Positions 1 to 20,651 of a stretch of DNA of 64,000 bases are shown one piece after another; positions within the stretch are counted from its first letter, which is position 1, and every line of letters begins with the position of its first letter. Below the pieces are notes generated by a model. It was not told where the DNA came from. It did no database searches and worked only from the letters and a program-made list of their open reading frames with translations. The DNA is from Paragordius varius (taxonomy: Eukaryota; Animalia; Nematomorpha). The position numbers and the translations under genes are program-made. The stretch lies in the NCBI GenBank assembly GCA_964247055.1, contig OZ176050.1:9672001-9736000 (forward strand). The letters run 5' to 3'.

Positions 1-32
1 GACAATATTTCGATGAAAAATGAGAACTATAC

Positions 33-1514
33 CGTAAAAGCTGAAAAAGTGAAGGTAGGCAGAAATATGAGGGAGAGTTCTGCATTTGGATATTCCATGC
101 ATACAACTCCGACCATAGCCATGAGTGCACCCGAGGCCCCCATAGATAAAGCTCGAGATTGGTTCAACACTTTTAGGGCATAACTTGTGAGGGATGAAAA
201 TGTACCTACAAAATAGTTTTGGTAAAACCATATAGCGTAAATTATATATCAAAAAGGTTTTTACATAAAAAATTCGATTTTTAAATATATATCAAAACTA
301 AGGCATAACCTATAATTTAGAACAATAGGTAAAAACAATATGGGCATTAAATAATAGATTTTATGGAAAGGAGTATGGAAAGTGATAAGGTTATATATTT
401 TAATGGACTTGGACAAATTTTAAATATATGAAAAATTTTATAATTAAGAGCAGTAAAATAATAATTATCAACTTATAAGTCTTAACATTACCAGCCATTA
501 AAAAGAAAGCTAGAAATTGTTCGCGTCCCATTATGTGCATTGTAGGATAGCTAAATGAGTACAACGCAATCATATTAAAAATTAAATGCCAGGCATTGTA
601 ATGGCTAAAGGTTGAAAGTAACATGGAAAGTGTAGGGACGCCTAACAATACAAAAAATACATACAATGAACACTTTCGCGCAAAATGGTAGTCAAATATT
701 AAAATTGTTATTATTTAAAATAAATTTTAAAATATTGGGAAACACTTGTTTTCTAATATGAATAAGTATTATAGAAAATTTGATTATTTTTGTTTAAGGA
801 ATCCAAAGTTAAAAGCTTTTAAGTAAACTTAAATTTTCATAAGATTATATTTTTGTTATCAACGTTTTATCATGCATTAAATTATCTTGTCTATCAATCG
901 ATCCACAAAAATATCATGATCATTGACATTCAATGTAAAGTAACCAAAAACATCCCAAAAAATTTTAAATTTGTATTATTTTCAATACAACACCATTAAA
1001 TTAATATTCATTTTTGTTAAACCTTGACGGGGATGAGATCCTAAATATTTAACCATCATTGGATATAACTTTGAAATATGCCATAGACAAAAAACACCGA
1101 AATTCATTCCCATTAAAAATACTATTAACTTTTCCTCGTTCTTTAACTCCCTATTCCATAGTTCTGAAATCTATTTATAAATTTATCAAACTTGTTGCCT
1201 AAATTCCCCAAATTTTGGAAAACCAGTATCAACAACTTTTATTTGTTTCTTAAGATTTTCATATTGCCAAATACCGCATCCTGCTATTGAAACACCAGAA
1301 ACCTATAACAATTTAAAATTAATTGTACCATAACGAAAAAACCGAACGGTTTTATAAGATCCGCGAATTTTAGAGTTTCATTGCTTGGGTCTCTGATTTT
1401 AGAGGGTAAAATATCGATTTTGTTATCTTTAACTGTTTTAAAAAATCTTAAAATTGATGAATTATTTTTGAACACTTTGAAAAACTTGAACAATCCCACA
1501 GTTGGCCGTATCAT
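33..1514 (-). CDS. PARL: Mitochondrial rhomboid protease PARL-like, 5' part (gene continues past left edge)
   Basis: Exons 1514-1329, 1302-1192, 1170-1023, 641-492, 205-33 join in frame via GT-AG introns of 26, 21, 381, 286 nt; next donor at 32. Basic N-terminal presequence MIRPTVGLFKFFK, then GIWQYENLK, LLSTFSHYNAWHLIFNM and the catalytic motif SMGASGA, all matching PARL/rhomboid-7. Confidence 0.93.
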
Positions 1515-1541
1515 TCATAGCTTCTCAGATGATATATAAGA

Positions 1542-4500
1542 ATGCAGGATTTATTCAATACTGTCAAAGGAAAAGCTTTGGGCATCGCTGATTTTTTAAC
1601 ACCAGTTCTTAAAGTACTGTTACTTTTTTATTTCATAGGAATCAAAGTTTAAAGAGACTGGTGTGATTACACCTGAAGAGGTATATTTTGTTCTCCAATT
1701 AATCTTATTAGTTTGTGATCGCCGGAGATCATTTGGTTCATCAATGTCCTACGTGGTCTTGGGCTATTGGTGAAACAGCCAAATCAAAATCTTATTTGCC
1801 TTCTAATAAACAATATCTTGTTACTAGAAATGGTAAAATTTAGCATATAATTTATATAGTTCCTTGTTATGATATGAAAAAATTCTCAGTTATGAAGGAA
1901 AAATGTAGAAGATTGGATGAAAATGATGATCAAGAATGGGTTGAAGCTTTTTACCAGTCTGGTTTGTATTTATTTAATATTTAGAAGAAGAAACGTCTCC
2001 GCAAATTGACTCTAATAATAGTAATGAATTAAAAAGCACAGAAAAGGTTTTTTTCATTCTTATCTCAAATTTTTATTCATTGATGGCAATTAATCTAATT
2101 AAGTTAATTTTAATGTTTTTTGTAAAAATGTTTAATAATCAATTTTAAATGAAATTGCGTGCATTTATAATCTACTTATTATTATGTAACAATGGCCCTA
2201 TAGTACTGGATTATTTTGGGGTGGTTTTTGAACTAGAGTAGTTTCAAATATAGTTAACTTAGAATGATCTATGAAAGTTGGCCAAAAATATTTGTATGTC
2301 TTATTACACGGTGCCTAGCAAACAATAAATGTTAATAATTCATATATCTTAGATAGCTAAAAGCTTCAGGATAATGAATATCAAAGTGATATATGCGGTT
2401 TAAATTTTTTGTCACTGGTTAAATCAAAAAATCGCATTTTTATCGCATATTAGGTCAAATTAAATCAAATACAATAATGTAAACGCGTCAACTATATTTT
2501 TTAAATATAACATAATGATAATTCTAAACGCAAAATATTATTAAGGAAGATTTTAAATTTTTTCGGAGGGTTCTAGAAAGATTTTCAAGAATATATAACC
2601 TAAAAAATCGCACCTTGACGCCAAATTTTAATCATAAGTATTTGTTAAAATGCGGTAAAAAAATTTAATTTTTATTAAAACAATCATATATATATATATT
2701 AAGCCTTATTTAATAAAAAATTTTTTTCGGTAATTTCCACCAAAGCGCGGAGGCTGCGTATAATTTTACAAAACATTTAATATATATTTTCCTTATAATA
2801 TGATCCAAAAAATAAGATTTATCATCTCAGTTTTTTTAATATGGGGAATTTTTTGCCCTAAAGCCGGTATTAAAAGCCGAAATGGCGCCAAAAATATACA
2901 ATTAAGGATGTTCCGGTAAAAAAATTATCTAAATCAAAAATCTGAAATGATAGATTTTTTTTCTGCATCGAATTATATGGAGTTTTGTAAAAATTATATG
3001 CAGCCTTCGCTTTGATACTAATTACACTGGACAACAAATTTTTCTGCCACTCGATTTTTTTGCATTTTCTGATATTTAGTATCATTCTAACAGTAAATCC
3101 GAAATAAAAATTATAACTCGATGGAAGAATTTTGTATAATTTAATTTTTTTGATTATGCGCCCTCTTTATCAAAATTTTACTAAAAAAATGTTTTTCTTT
3201 AAAAATATACAAGAATGCCCTTTTGTAATATATCATTCGAAAGAGTAATAAAAACTCTTTAAAATGCATACTAATATGTATTACATCGACAGTTAATATT
3301 GGACACAAAGAGCGACAAACGCGCGAAGCGAGAGCACTTTTTTTAATTATTATATTTTTGAAACTAATGGATGAAAATAGCTCAAACTTTGTTTAGATAG
3401 TGATGAATGTCCAAAAAAGATAACACAAGAAAATTTTTTTGATTAAAACATTTTTTTATTGCTTTTATTTCACTCAAAAGAGCCATTTTTAAGTTTTTTG
3501 TTTTTTAAAAATTACCATCTCATCAATATTAATTTATTTTCTTTACGAGGCTGATAATTTCGAAATTTTAAAGATAATAACAAGGTTTAAGGTATTTTTG
3601 ATCTTTTATAGCCATTATGTAATAAATTTACAGTTATAACTATGCATTTTAGTATCCACTAGGCAAAATATTTATGATAATAATAATCTTTATTAAAAAA
3701 GCAAACCAAAAGCTTTTTCAAACATTTTTTTTAAATTAAATACTAATATAACCCTAATAATTATATTAAAATAAATTATATGCTTTTCAAATTAGTTTGT
3801 CTGTGTAAATTCTTGACTTATTTAAGGATTGAAAATTTCGACCATTTAAATCCAAATAACTTTTACATCCGATTGATTTAAATGACTTACTACCATTTAG
3901 AAGATGCAGTTTTTTGAGCTCTTTCGAACGATATAAAATACATGGCTTTATATTTAAAACTTTTAATTTACGAAATTTCGAGTTTAATGTTAAATCGGGG
4001 CCAAAAATTATCGATAAATTCTGATATAAAAAAATCTTTCATGCTAGACCAATTTTCTTTTCAGAAATACTAATTATGTACTTTAATGAAATAAATTTTA
4101 AATTTACAAGAATGGCAGTTAAAAAAAGTTAAAATTTGTTGTCTAGTGTTATCGTAATAATTTCTTTTTTTATATATGGTTTATTTTTTTGAAGGCCACA
4201 TATTGGGTAACTGTATATATATCTATATATATTTACCGCATATTAACAAGTTTTTATGATTCAAATTTGGCGCGCGCCGAAGTGCAATTTTTTGAGCTTA
4301 TATCCCTGAAAATCTTTCTGGGACCCTTCAAAAATATGTAAAATTTTTGTTGATAATATTTGCGTTTAAAATTACCCTTATGCTATATTAACAAATAAAA
4401 TTTATTGCGCGTTTTTATTATTGTATTTATTTTTATTTGACCTAATTGCCATTTTTTTAATTTTGACTTATAACAGAAAAACTAAAATAACTTTTTTTGA

Positions 4501-7500
4501 GTATTTTAACCGCCTAATATCATTTCGATATTTATTATCCTGAAAATGATATATAATTCATTACCTTTATTTTTTGATTTCCATATTGCCGCACAGTGTT
4601 AGGCGCAATTTATAAAAAATATTTTAAACGCAACTTTTAAAATAATTTTCATCTTATAACCATATTTTTCTTTGTAATTAGAAATATTATTTGAAGATAT
4701 ACCAAAAATATGGCCAATAAACGACTTTAGTTTAAAACATTATGAAAATTGGCGTTAAAAGTTTTATTCACTTTTTTCAAAAACTAAATATATAATTTAA
4801 TTAGTGCTGTTTAAAATTTTTCGTCCGATTCACTATATTTTTTATTATTTCAGTTATCACGATTAAGTCCATATATAGTGTTAAAAATTAATTTATGATT
4901 TAAAAACGAAACCCTGATTCCAACTTAATACCTCATAAAGTTTTATCGAAATTTTATTTATTTTTTGCCACTAGTTTCTAGTTTAATTTCCATTTGACCT
5001 ATTTATTGTGTAATTAATTTATATTATTGTTAATTATTTTTAAAATCATTGCATAAAAATCTTATTCATTACTGTTTTATATATTCTTATTTCAAAAAAA
5101 ATTTGCTATTTTTAACTAAACACACGATACTTACTTACTTACTTGATACTTGATGGCTTTTTGACTTCAATTTTGAAGGTGTCCGTGAACGGTCTTATTC
5201 CAAAGGTCCTTATCTAGACATTTGGTAATGTCGAGGTTTAGTGTTTTTATGTCATTTTTAATGTTGTCGCTCCAGGAATGTGTCGGGCGCCCTTTGCGGT
5301 TGTTTCCAAAGGGCTGTATGTGCTTAATGGTTTGGAGTGGGTGGTCGGTTTGTCTTCTTTCAATGTGACCCAAGTATTTAAGCCTGCTTTTTTGTATAAA
5401 CTTTTCTACTGTGTCATTTTTGTGTTTAAGATGAATATTGTAGTCAGAACAACAAGCTTTAATTATTTTGTTTTCCGTATTTATCATTTTTTCAAGATTT
5501 GTTTTATTTAGGGGCCATGTTTCGGTGGCGTAAGTAAGAGCTGGCCTGACACCTGCTTTGTATATTAGCCATTTATTATTGTTAGATACATTTTTATTTT
5601 TGAGGACAAATTTTAGGGAGTTGACCAAACACGCTCGACATATATGACAATCGACGAAAACTCAATAGAAAAAGTAGACCAGTTTACATACCTAGGAGAG
5701 GTCATAGACTCTAAAGGTCATATAACTGGAGCAATACGGAAACGTATCCAACAAGCATGGGGTAAAGTCAACTCCCTAAAATTTGTCCTCAAAAATAACT
5801 AAACACACGATGTAAAATATTTTTTTATTAAAAATATATTCATCAAAGGTAAATGTGACCGAAAACAATCTTAATAATGATGAAGAACCTGGGGATATGG
5901 AGGCATTTTTACAAGCTCATACCATCACCCCTTCACAACCTGAAAAAAGTAAATTTAAATTATACCTAAATAGATCATAAACATATTTTATATATTACTT
6001 AAATCGGATATTAACTCAAATTATATTTTTTTAATTTTATTAAATTTCATTGTATTTAATATTTCTATATATTTATGTTCGCAATTTACGTATTATACCC
6101 TATTTTTAGCGGAAGAAACTGAAACATTGCCTTTGCCTGCCATTAAAGCCGAAGATATTGAGGATGATGATAATGTAACTAATGTTTTATCAATATCAAA
6201 TGATATAACTATAGAGTGATTTATTATTTTTACTATTAACAAAACCACACTCTTTTGCTCAAAAGTTTATATGTATTTTTTTCAACTGAGTATAAACCTA
6301 TTGGCTTTATTAATGTCATTGAGTTACATAAGCCTAACAATATTGTTTTTTATTTTAATTCTGAAAACACGGTTATGTTATAAAAAATTTATCGATTATA
6401 AAATTTGAACAAATTTTTCCCTAGTTTTTTACATAAATAGTTTTGATTTGATTTATATAAGTTATTTGGTTTAAGATGACACTTGAAGCTGATTTCGCTA
6501 GCATTGATTTGAAAGATTTGGCTGAAACGTCTGGAGACACATCTAAATCATATCAACATCAGTCAAATAATATAAAAAGGACTCGAACCTATGATTTACA
6601 CATAACATATGATAAGTATTATCAGACCCCACGATTATGGCTCATTGGTTATGATGAGGTAGGTTAAACATTTTATGTACAGTTTATATTACTTATTTTA
6701 TAAAAACCAATATAATTAAATAAGATTTTGACCAAAGTTTGACCGTTTATATCAGTGGTGGTTGGCATGAAAAATTTTAAAGCGCATCAAAATTTTTTTA
6801 CCTTGTCTCAACGGCCTTGTGCCATATATTACAATAAAATTTTCATAGCTGTTTGACACCTGTGTAGGTAGGTATTTATGCTTTTAATATAGTTTACATT
6901 AAAGCACTGTTTGTGGCCCGTGGGACGCAGTTAGAGCACTGTTTTTATATTTTAAATACTACTTGGCTAATTTATCAATTAACTTTTCCAAAGAACAAAA
7001 TGCCTTTATCCGTCGATCAAATGTACGATGACTTTAGTACGGATCATGTTAAAAAAACAATCACTATGGAATCGCATCCTAATTTATCTGGTCCTCCAAT
7101 GGCGTCTGTACACCCTTGCCGGTATTTATTTGTATTTATTATCTTATGTTTCTTATCAAAATAGAGTGCTTCTTAGTTATTAAATTAATTTCTATGAAAT
7201 CCCTAAGTAAGCTATACTCTAATTCTGGGCTCACCCTAGAGTTAATTTCCAGTTTATTTTCAAATTTTTAGTTAATTTTCCTAAATTCCATTAAATTTAA
7301 TTTAAATTCGTATAACCAACTGCATTTATACAAAAATTGCAAAGTTGGATATATATACGGAATCAATATGTGAAAACCCCAAGTCAAACTAGTCTGCGAT
7401 TACTATTGACGAAGGGTTTCACATATTGTTTATAATTTCTATTTATACTTTCATTTAATTCTATTTAATTTTCCTTTATTATCTTACGGATTTTAACAAC

Positions 7501-8783
7501 CGTTATTACAAAACATAACCAATCCGTTATTTATCATTACTATATTTATGTATGTTTGAGATTTCTTAAAATAAATTGAAATATGATAATGCGCAACTAT
7601 TTAAATATTAAACACTATAAGTTTTTATTTAACTATAATACATTTTTTGTGGATAATTCAATGTATTTTTATTTTTTTACGTTTGACAAAGTTTTTCGTA
7701 ATAAAAAATTCATGGTTTAAATAAATTAAATTTTTGTTGTAATATTTATATACTCGTAAAGTCATGCTGAAGTTATGAAGAAAATTATTCAAACCTGTGC
7801 TCAAGGTGGAAAGGATATTGGAGTTAATAAGTATGTGAGGTTTTTTACTTACACGTTTTATAATAGGTTAGATAAGTTACCGATTCCTTATATAATTGAA
7901 TAATGTTTTTTTAGATAACTCTTGGATTTGGATCAAATAATATTATATAACCGATTATAGGAAAAAATAAATGGCTTAATATCCGCATCTTTACACTTTT
8001 TTATAGAAAATTAACTAATCCTTTTCATTAACTTTTTTTATAAAAAATAATATTTAATTTTGTTCTGCGTATATATTCTAAAAAAATAATTTTTAATTGT
8101 TTTAGGCTCATTATTAGGTCTCCAAAAACAAAAGGGTAAGTTTGTAGGAACGTATATTCGACCTCAAACGATTAACAATTTAAGAAATTTTATTTTAATT
8201 TCGGGAAAAGTGCGTCATCCTTCAGCATGATATATTACTATAAAAGCGCCTTAAATTGTATTTGTATGAAATGGGGTCAATATAGGGATGTTCACTTTAC
8301 ATTTAAGATATATGGTTTTATATTTGCTATAATCAGTAACACTCATTTTTTATATTTTTTAATCAATATTACCATATATGCTCCCTAGGGAATTTTGAGA
8401 TAAATTATGTCTATATAAACTATTTTTAGATTAATTTTTGGTTTAGCCATAGTACATTCTTAAAAAATTAACTATCCCCATTTTTCGCTCCATATTGTAT
8501 CATTAATCATAGATCGTATATTAAAATATATTTATTGCATGTTGATGATACTATGTAAGTTATTATCAAAATCTAGGATTGATGAGGAGATAGCATTTAT
8601 AATGTTTAAATAATATGTGTGAAAATTTTCCTCTAGTATGTATCTTTTGTGATAATACCTATATTTTTGATTATCTTATAAATTTATTTTTATTTTCATA
8701 GGTATCTGGTGATCTTCCTGAAATTTGTTCAAGCAATCATCCCCACAATCGAATATGATTTTACGCAAAACTTGCGTTTATAA
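1542..8783 (+). CDS. ATG3: Autophagy E2-like enzyme ATG3, 11 exons, ~341 aa
   Basis: Exons 1542-1613, 1639-1680, 1712-1832, 1860-1961, 1985-2046, 5849-5948, 6110-6174, 6476-6658, 6994-7121, 7762-7830, 8702-8783, all phases compatible. Motifs [59 protein letters not shown], catalytic [22 protein letters not shown]. Exons 5-7 (flexible acidic region) are least certain. Confidence 0.95.
5129..5795 (-). mobile_element. 5'-truncated, 5'-inverted RTE-clade LINE in ATG3 intron 5
   Basis: 16-bp TSD taactaaacacacgat at 5113-5128 and 5796-5811; (AAGT)n tail at 5129-5145; minus-strand RT C-terminus ([28 protein letters not shown]); plus-strand inverted piece ([10 protein letters not shown]...[11 protein letters not shown]). 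Confidence 0.9.
7139..7542 (+). mobile_element. Hammerhead-element family copy A (ribozyme core deleted), ATG3 intron 9
   Basis: Colinear with 24623-25070 but lacks 38 nt containing CTGATGA, stem II and GAAA (reads aagtcaaa|ctagtctgcg at 7381-7398). Confidence 0.85.
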
Positions 8784-11489
8784 ACTATGAAACAATAATA
8801 TATGCTAAATAATTGAAAAACTTTTATACAATCTTCATTATATAAATCTTGTTTAAATAAATGATAGTTAGAAGATATTTATATAAAATAATCCATTTAA
8901 CATTAACCATATTTACATATTCTAATTAATATTTAGTCCCCTTATAATTTCCAAACAATTATAACCCTTTAAATTAACATACATAAACGGCCAAATAAAC
9001 TCTGCGATGTTTTCTAATTATTTTCATGAAACTATTAAAAGAAAAAAAATTTTGTCAAATTGGACAGTCTGGCCAACCAAAATAAAATTAAAAGAAATAA
9101 AGTTTTAAGGCTTTTGTTACAGACGCTTTTCACAATAAAGTGGAAAATTAATAACATACTACCGCCCTTATTTTGAGGTCTAAATAGTTTTTGAATCAGT
9201 ATTAGCAATTGGTAAGTGTAAATTTTTAAAGAATCTGAAAGACTTAGAAATACGCATTGGATAAAGGTAAATAAGAATAATGATTATTTTGATATTGACT
9301 AAACATTACAAAATGTTTTAATCAGAGGCGTCCCACAGGCGACCCTACGGAGCATTGACCGCGAAATTCAAAAAATATCCACATACCTAAAAATAGTATA
9401 ATTTTTAAATTTATTTTTAAATCCAGACTAAAATTATGAACTTTTTGAAAATATTCTAATTGATTTTTAATTCTACAAAAAATTATTTATATTTTTTGGT
9501 CTTTAAATAATTATTAGAATAGATTTTAAACAATTATCTTTTTTTCAAGATTAAGTAGGGAAATAAATAAGTTTGTATTAATTTTTATTGTCCCACGTTA
9601 AAATTTTAATAAGATATTTAATGCTCATTCTTTTATATTTTATTTAATTTAAATGGGGCCTGTCATATTTTTTGAGTCGAAAATACAGCCCACTAAAACC
9701 ATTTATGTTATCGTCCCAGTTTAAAATACTTAAAACTTTTTGTATTCGGCAGAGTTTTGCTTTTCAGATTAGTTGATTATTTGTGTTATATCTCGCCAAA
9801 TTTTAACCGATGATGTTAATTATTTTTTCTGGCCGATTCGTATTTAAAAACAAATTAAATATTCAAGTTTACTAATTAAAATGGATGGTAAAATTAGCTA
9901 TTAATTATAAAAAATAAATATCTTTGTGGGATCCAAATTTTAGTATTCAGTAGTTTTTATAATAATGTTAGAGTGTAAATATAAAATTTTTAACTCTGGA
10001 ATAGGTCTTTTTGAAAATGCTTAAAACTTTATCAATAAACCGCTCTTGCATAATTTTAAACTGGATTTGCTGTCATGAAATTCATTGGATCCGTTAATTT
10101 TGAACGTTTAAAGTTTTGACGTGCAATGCCTTATTCTTAACTTATAAATAATTTCGTCGGTCAAAATATATTCTATATTAAGTTTACGGATTAGTTTTGA
10201 GGACGCATTTTATATAAAAATAGGATTTTTTCCTAAAAAAATGAATTAATCATTTTTATACACTAAATTTTTTTTGGCCATCATTTTTATTCAGAAAAAT
10301 TCCGTTAACACACAACAAAATATTTTTTTTAATATAAACAGATATAATTTTAATTTTAACTATTTTTCAAATTAACATAAAAAATTTTGTGCCAAAAATT
10401 TCATCATATCAAATTAAATAAGAGTAATCTAATTGGATTGAATTTGGCACTTCTTCCTTCGTCAACAATAAAATTATTTTCCATTAATCAGCAAGTATCA
10501 AAACACCAGTATATTTAAAATATATTAATGGTGTTTTGTAGCATTAATATTTATAATAATTTTATATTTCTCACACCTACTTGCCAGAAGATTAGCTTTC
10601 AAGGACATCTATAAAAAATGACCATTTCTGTTTACTCCAAACCTAGAATGTGAATATTGGTTTAAAATATAAAGTAATATATAATTCAGGGACACATTCA
10701 ATTGGTGTGTGTTACTTAACTAAAAATTCGATTATATAGGAATAAATTTTGAGTAAAATAATTGGTGACCATTCAAATTGTGCTATTTCAAATTGTTTCA
10801 ATATTCTTCGATTAAATTCTATAACTCATTTTAAAAACCTTTTAAATATTAATAGCGTCCATATAAAATAGTTTTGGGCCCCGTTTTCACCTTTTGCTCA
10901 AATAACATAAAATTAACGGTGGACTATCGAAATCCTAAAAAAATTAACGGTGGACTTTCGAAATCCTAATTAACGCTAGAACGCCATATAAGAAAAATAA
11001 ATGCTGAAATTAACCAAAACTGGCCTAACAGTTGATATAATTTAATTTGTTTTAGCTTATTAAGATATGAATAAAATGGTTAAAAAATTTGTCACTATAT
11101 TATTATAAGGGACGCAAAAATTTAGAACTTTTTATATATATACTGTGATAGATAAATATATCACGGATCGCACTTGCTGGGCCTTATATTTAAAAAAATC
11201 GTAAAACCAAACATTTTAGCGAAAGCTCGATGCTCCATTCCAAAAATCATCATGAAAATATGTAAAAATTACATTTATAAAGAAACCCATATATTATTTA
11301 ATTTTTAAATATGGGATCCGAAAATCCAGTCTTTTGGGCCCTATAAAAAAACCTAGCTTTCATAAAATTACAGCAAAAATGTCGATGCGCCAAATTTTTT
11401 TATGAAATGCTAGATTTTGATATCAAAAAATTATTTTTTATAAAAATGCATCCTTTGATTGATTTAATTTTTAATTTTGTTTAAACACC

Positions 11490-11790
11490 TACTTCATGGT
11501 ATTTCGAAACATGGTGGTAACGGTATAGAAACACTTTATATTGGAAATACACCTTTTCTATTTAATTCGAGGTTGTTTAACATACTTAATTTCGATACAG
11601 TGGTTTACTTTTACATTTGGGTAAATATTTGCAAAAAAGATAATAGACTTAAACTTGACGACGGAAATTTTTTTGATCAAAATTCTGAGGTGATGGCAAT
11701 GTTTAGCATCATCGATTTATATAAAAAAAAGTGTTTTCATAATTAAACCGTTTTAAACTGTTTCCACCATGCTTCGAGATATCATGAGGT
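11490..11790. repeat. ~300-bp imperfect hairpin module of a dispersed foldback/MITE family (copy 1)
   Basis: Arms such as catggtggtaacggt... / ...aaaccgttttaaactgtttccaccatg and right-arm motif aaaattctgaggtga recur near 21880, 22660, 47265 and 56220. Boundaries approximate. Confidence 0.55.
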
Positions 11791-14041
11791 ATACTTCAAC
11801 AAATCTTGCCAGTGATTCATACCGCACCTCGGCATTTTTCGTTAATTTTTGAAAAATATAGCTCATTTTAAAGGGATACGAAAATTTGTGGCTTTTAGAT
11901 TATAAGTCTAAAATTTGAATTTTAATATAAATAATGTTTTGCTTTATGATTATGATATTTTTTGAGAATAATATATGGTATATAGTATCTTTAAGCAAAT
12001 TATATTTAACATAATGTGCATTGATTATACGATTTTTAAAATACATAAATTGCCACAGTGAAACTAACTTTCTTAGCTAACCCGTAGGTCTCAAAAGCAC
12101 CATTAGAATCGGATACTCTAATTCATTAGTATATTTTTTGTGTGTAGTGCGTACATGTTTAGATCCCTTAAAAAGTGAAAATTAGAGATGGAAAAAACCT
12201 AAAAGAATTGTTAGGAATAAATTTCAATTATATTTTTTGAGTTTTCCTAATAAATGTATATCATGGTATTCAAATGCAAAAATGTACTGCATATATTTTA
12301 AAATACATCAACTTGATTTTAACTATTGGATTTTTTAATTATTTAGAGTTTGGTAAAAAATTAGCTATAAGTTAAATATATGACATATATATATTTTAGT
12401 TTTATTACCATAGCCTACCATTTAATCGGATTGTCGACATCTAACCTTCTATGGGGCATGTGGCGTATTAGTAGTCCTTTGATTAAATAAATGTTTGAAG
12501 TAAAATCATTTATGTCATTTTTAAATAAATTTTGCCAGTTTTTTGTAGCCAAAAAATGTTGTAAGCTATTATTTAGTTAAAATTTTAAGTGTTTAAATTG
12601 GTTTTATGCAATAAAACATTAAGTTTAATAGTTCATATAAATCCACAGAGACTGATAATGGAAACAAAAATTGATACAAATTGGACATAGATAGATATCT
12701 GGGTTTTAATAAAAGGAAGGGTTCCGGATAATTTTAACGTTTTTATGGTAAATCCTTAGAGATTATATGTCATCTTATGATAAATTTGTCTCTTTTAAAA
12801 ATATGATAATCTAATATTTTTAAATGTGTTTATATACTAAATTTAACATTTATAATTTACAATAAACCAATGGCATCTCATGAACTTTCAATACGAAACA
12901 AATAATTAGATTAAAAGCGATGCTTATTGTTAATTCAAACTAATTTTAACAAAAAGTATTTTTTTATTCAGTTAAAAATTTTTAGATTTAAAAATCGTAA
13001 ATGGTTTTGGTTCTTTAAAATGTAGTAACAATTAAATGGATATATTGCATTCGGATATTGCTTTAGACATTTCTACCTCTATAAAATCGATGCCACTGAG
13101 ATCATTTAAAAATCACATTCAAAATATGTGCTTAAAATGTATCATATATAACATCATATTAGCTTTGGGCCCGAAAATGTGGGAAAAAACGTCATCAAGC
13201 AATAAATGCAAAGGCTAACCTTCACTTGTTTGACTTTTTTGGTTGTAATAATATTTTTAACAACTATTAGTATGAGATATTTGTTTATAGAGTCTTCATT
13301 TAATTTTAGCTAAATTTATTGGTAAAAATATATGGTTATAAATGAAATGTCATATGAATGTAGAAGAATGAAAAGTATGAGAAATAAATTATGTATTAGC
13401 TATCAATCAACTGTTGTTATTGTGAATAAATACAAATTAACAACATCATTTTTTAAAACTAAAACCAAGAATCAAAAAAATATGTTAAGTCAAAATAAAA
13501 TAAAAAATGAGAGTTAAGGCGAGGTTTCGATATTGGGTAGTTGAAAGCCAAAAATACCTTTAAAATCATAATTATTTTACAAATAAAAAATTGGTTAATT
13601 ATAACATATTACAATAAGTGTTGTATTAGATAGGTAAGTGTACAAAAATGGACTGTGGTATAATTAAAGTTGTTAAAAACAAGATATAGCACAAATTATA
13701 TTGCAAAGTTTGTAATAAAATGTTTTTTACACAGTTAAAGCGCAAAATTAATGTGGAAAATATATTAGTATAAAATGCGCCTTGAGAAATAGACGCCTCA
13801 TGAGATAGGTAGAGTTTTTGGTAAATGTACAGAGACTCATATTTACGTGTTTTCACATACATGTATAAAAGTTTAAATAAAAATTTATATTTAAGATCCT
13901 CCCCATAGAATATAGTTAGTGCAAGATGATGAGTGAGTCAAGGGTCTAAGTTAAGTTTGATGTTAAAATCATTTGTTTTTCATTGTTGTTTTACATTAAA
14001 ATGTTAAAGGCTGGAATTATTTTGATGATGGTTGCTTGGTG

Positions 14042-20651
<6,610 letters not shown>

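Noticed and set aside
2047-5100. Possible genes within ATG3 intron 5 (ORF 2870-3085)
   Set aside because: Low-complexity AT-rich TE-like patchwork; no recognisable protein motifs.
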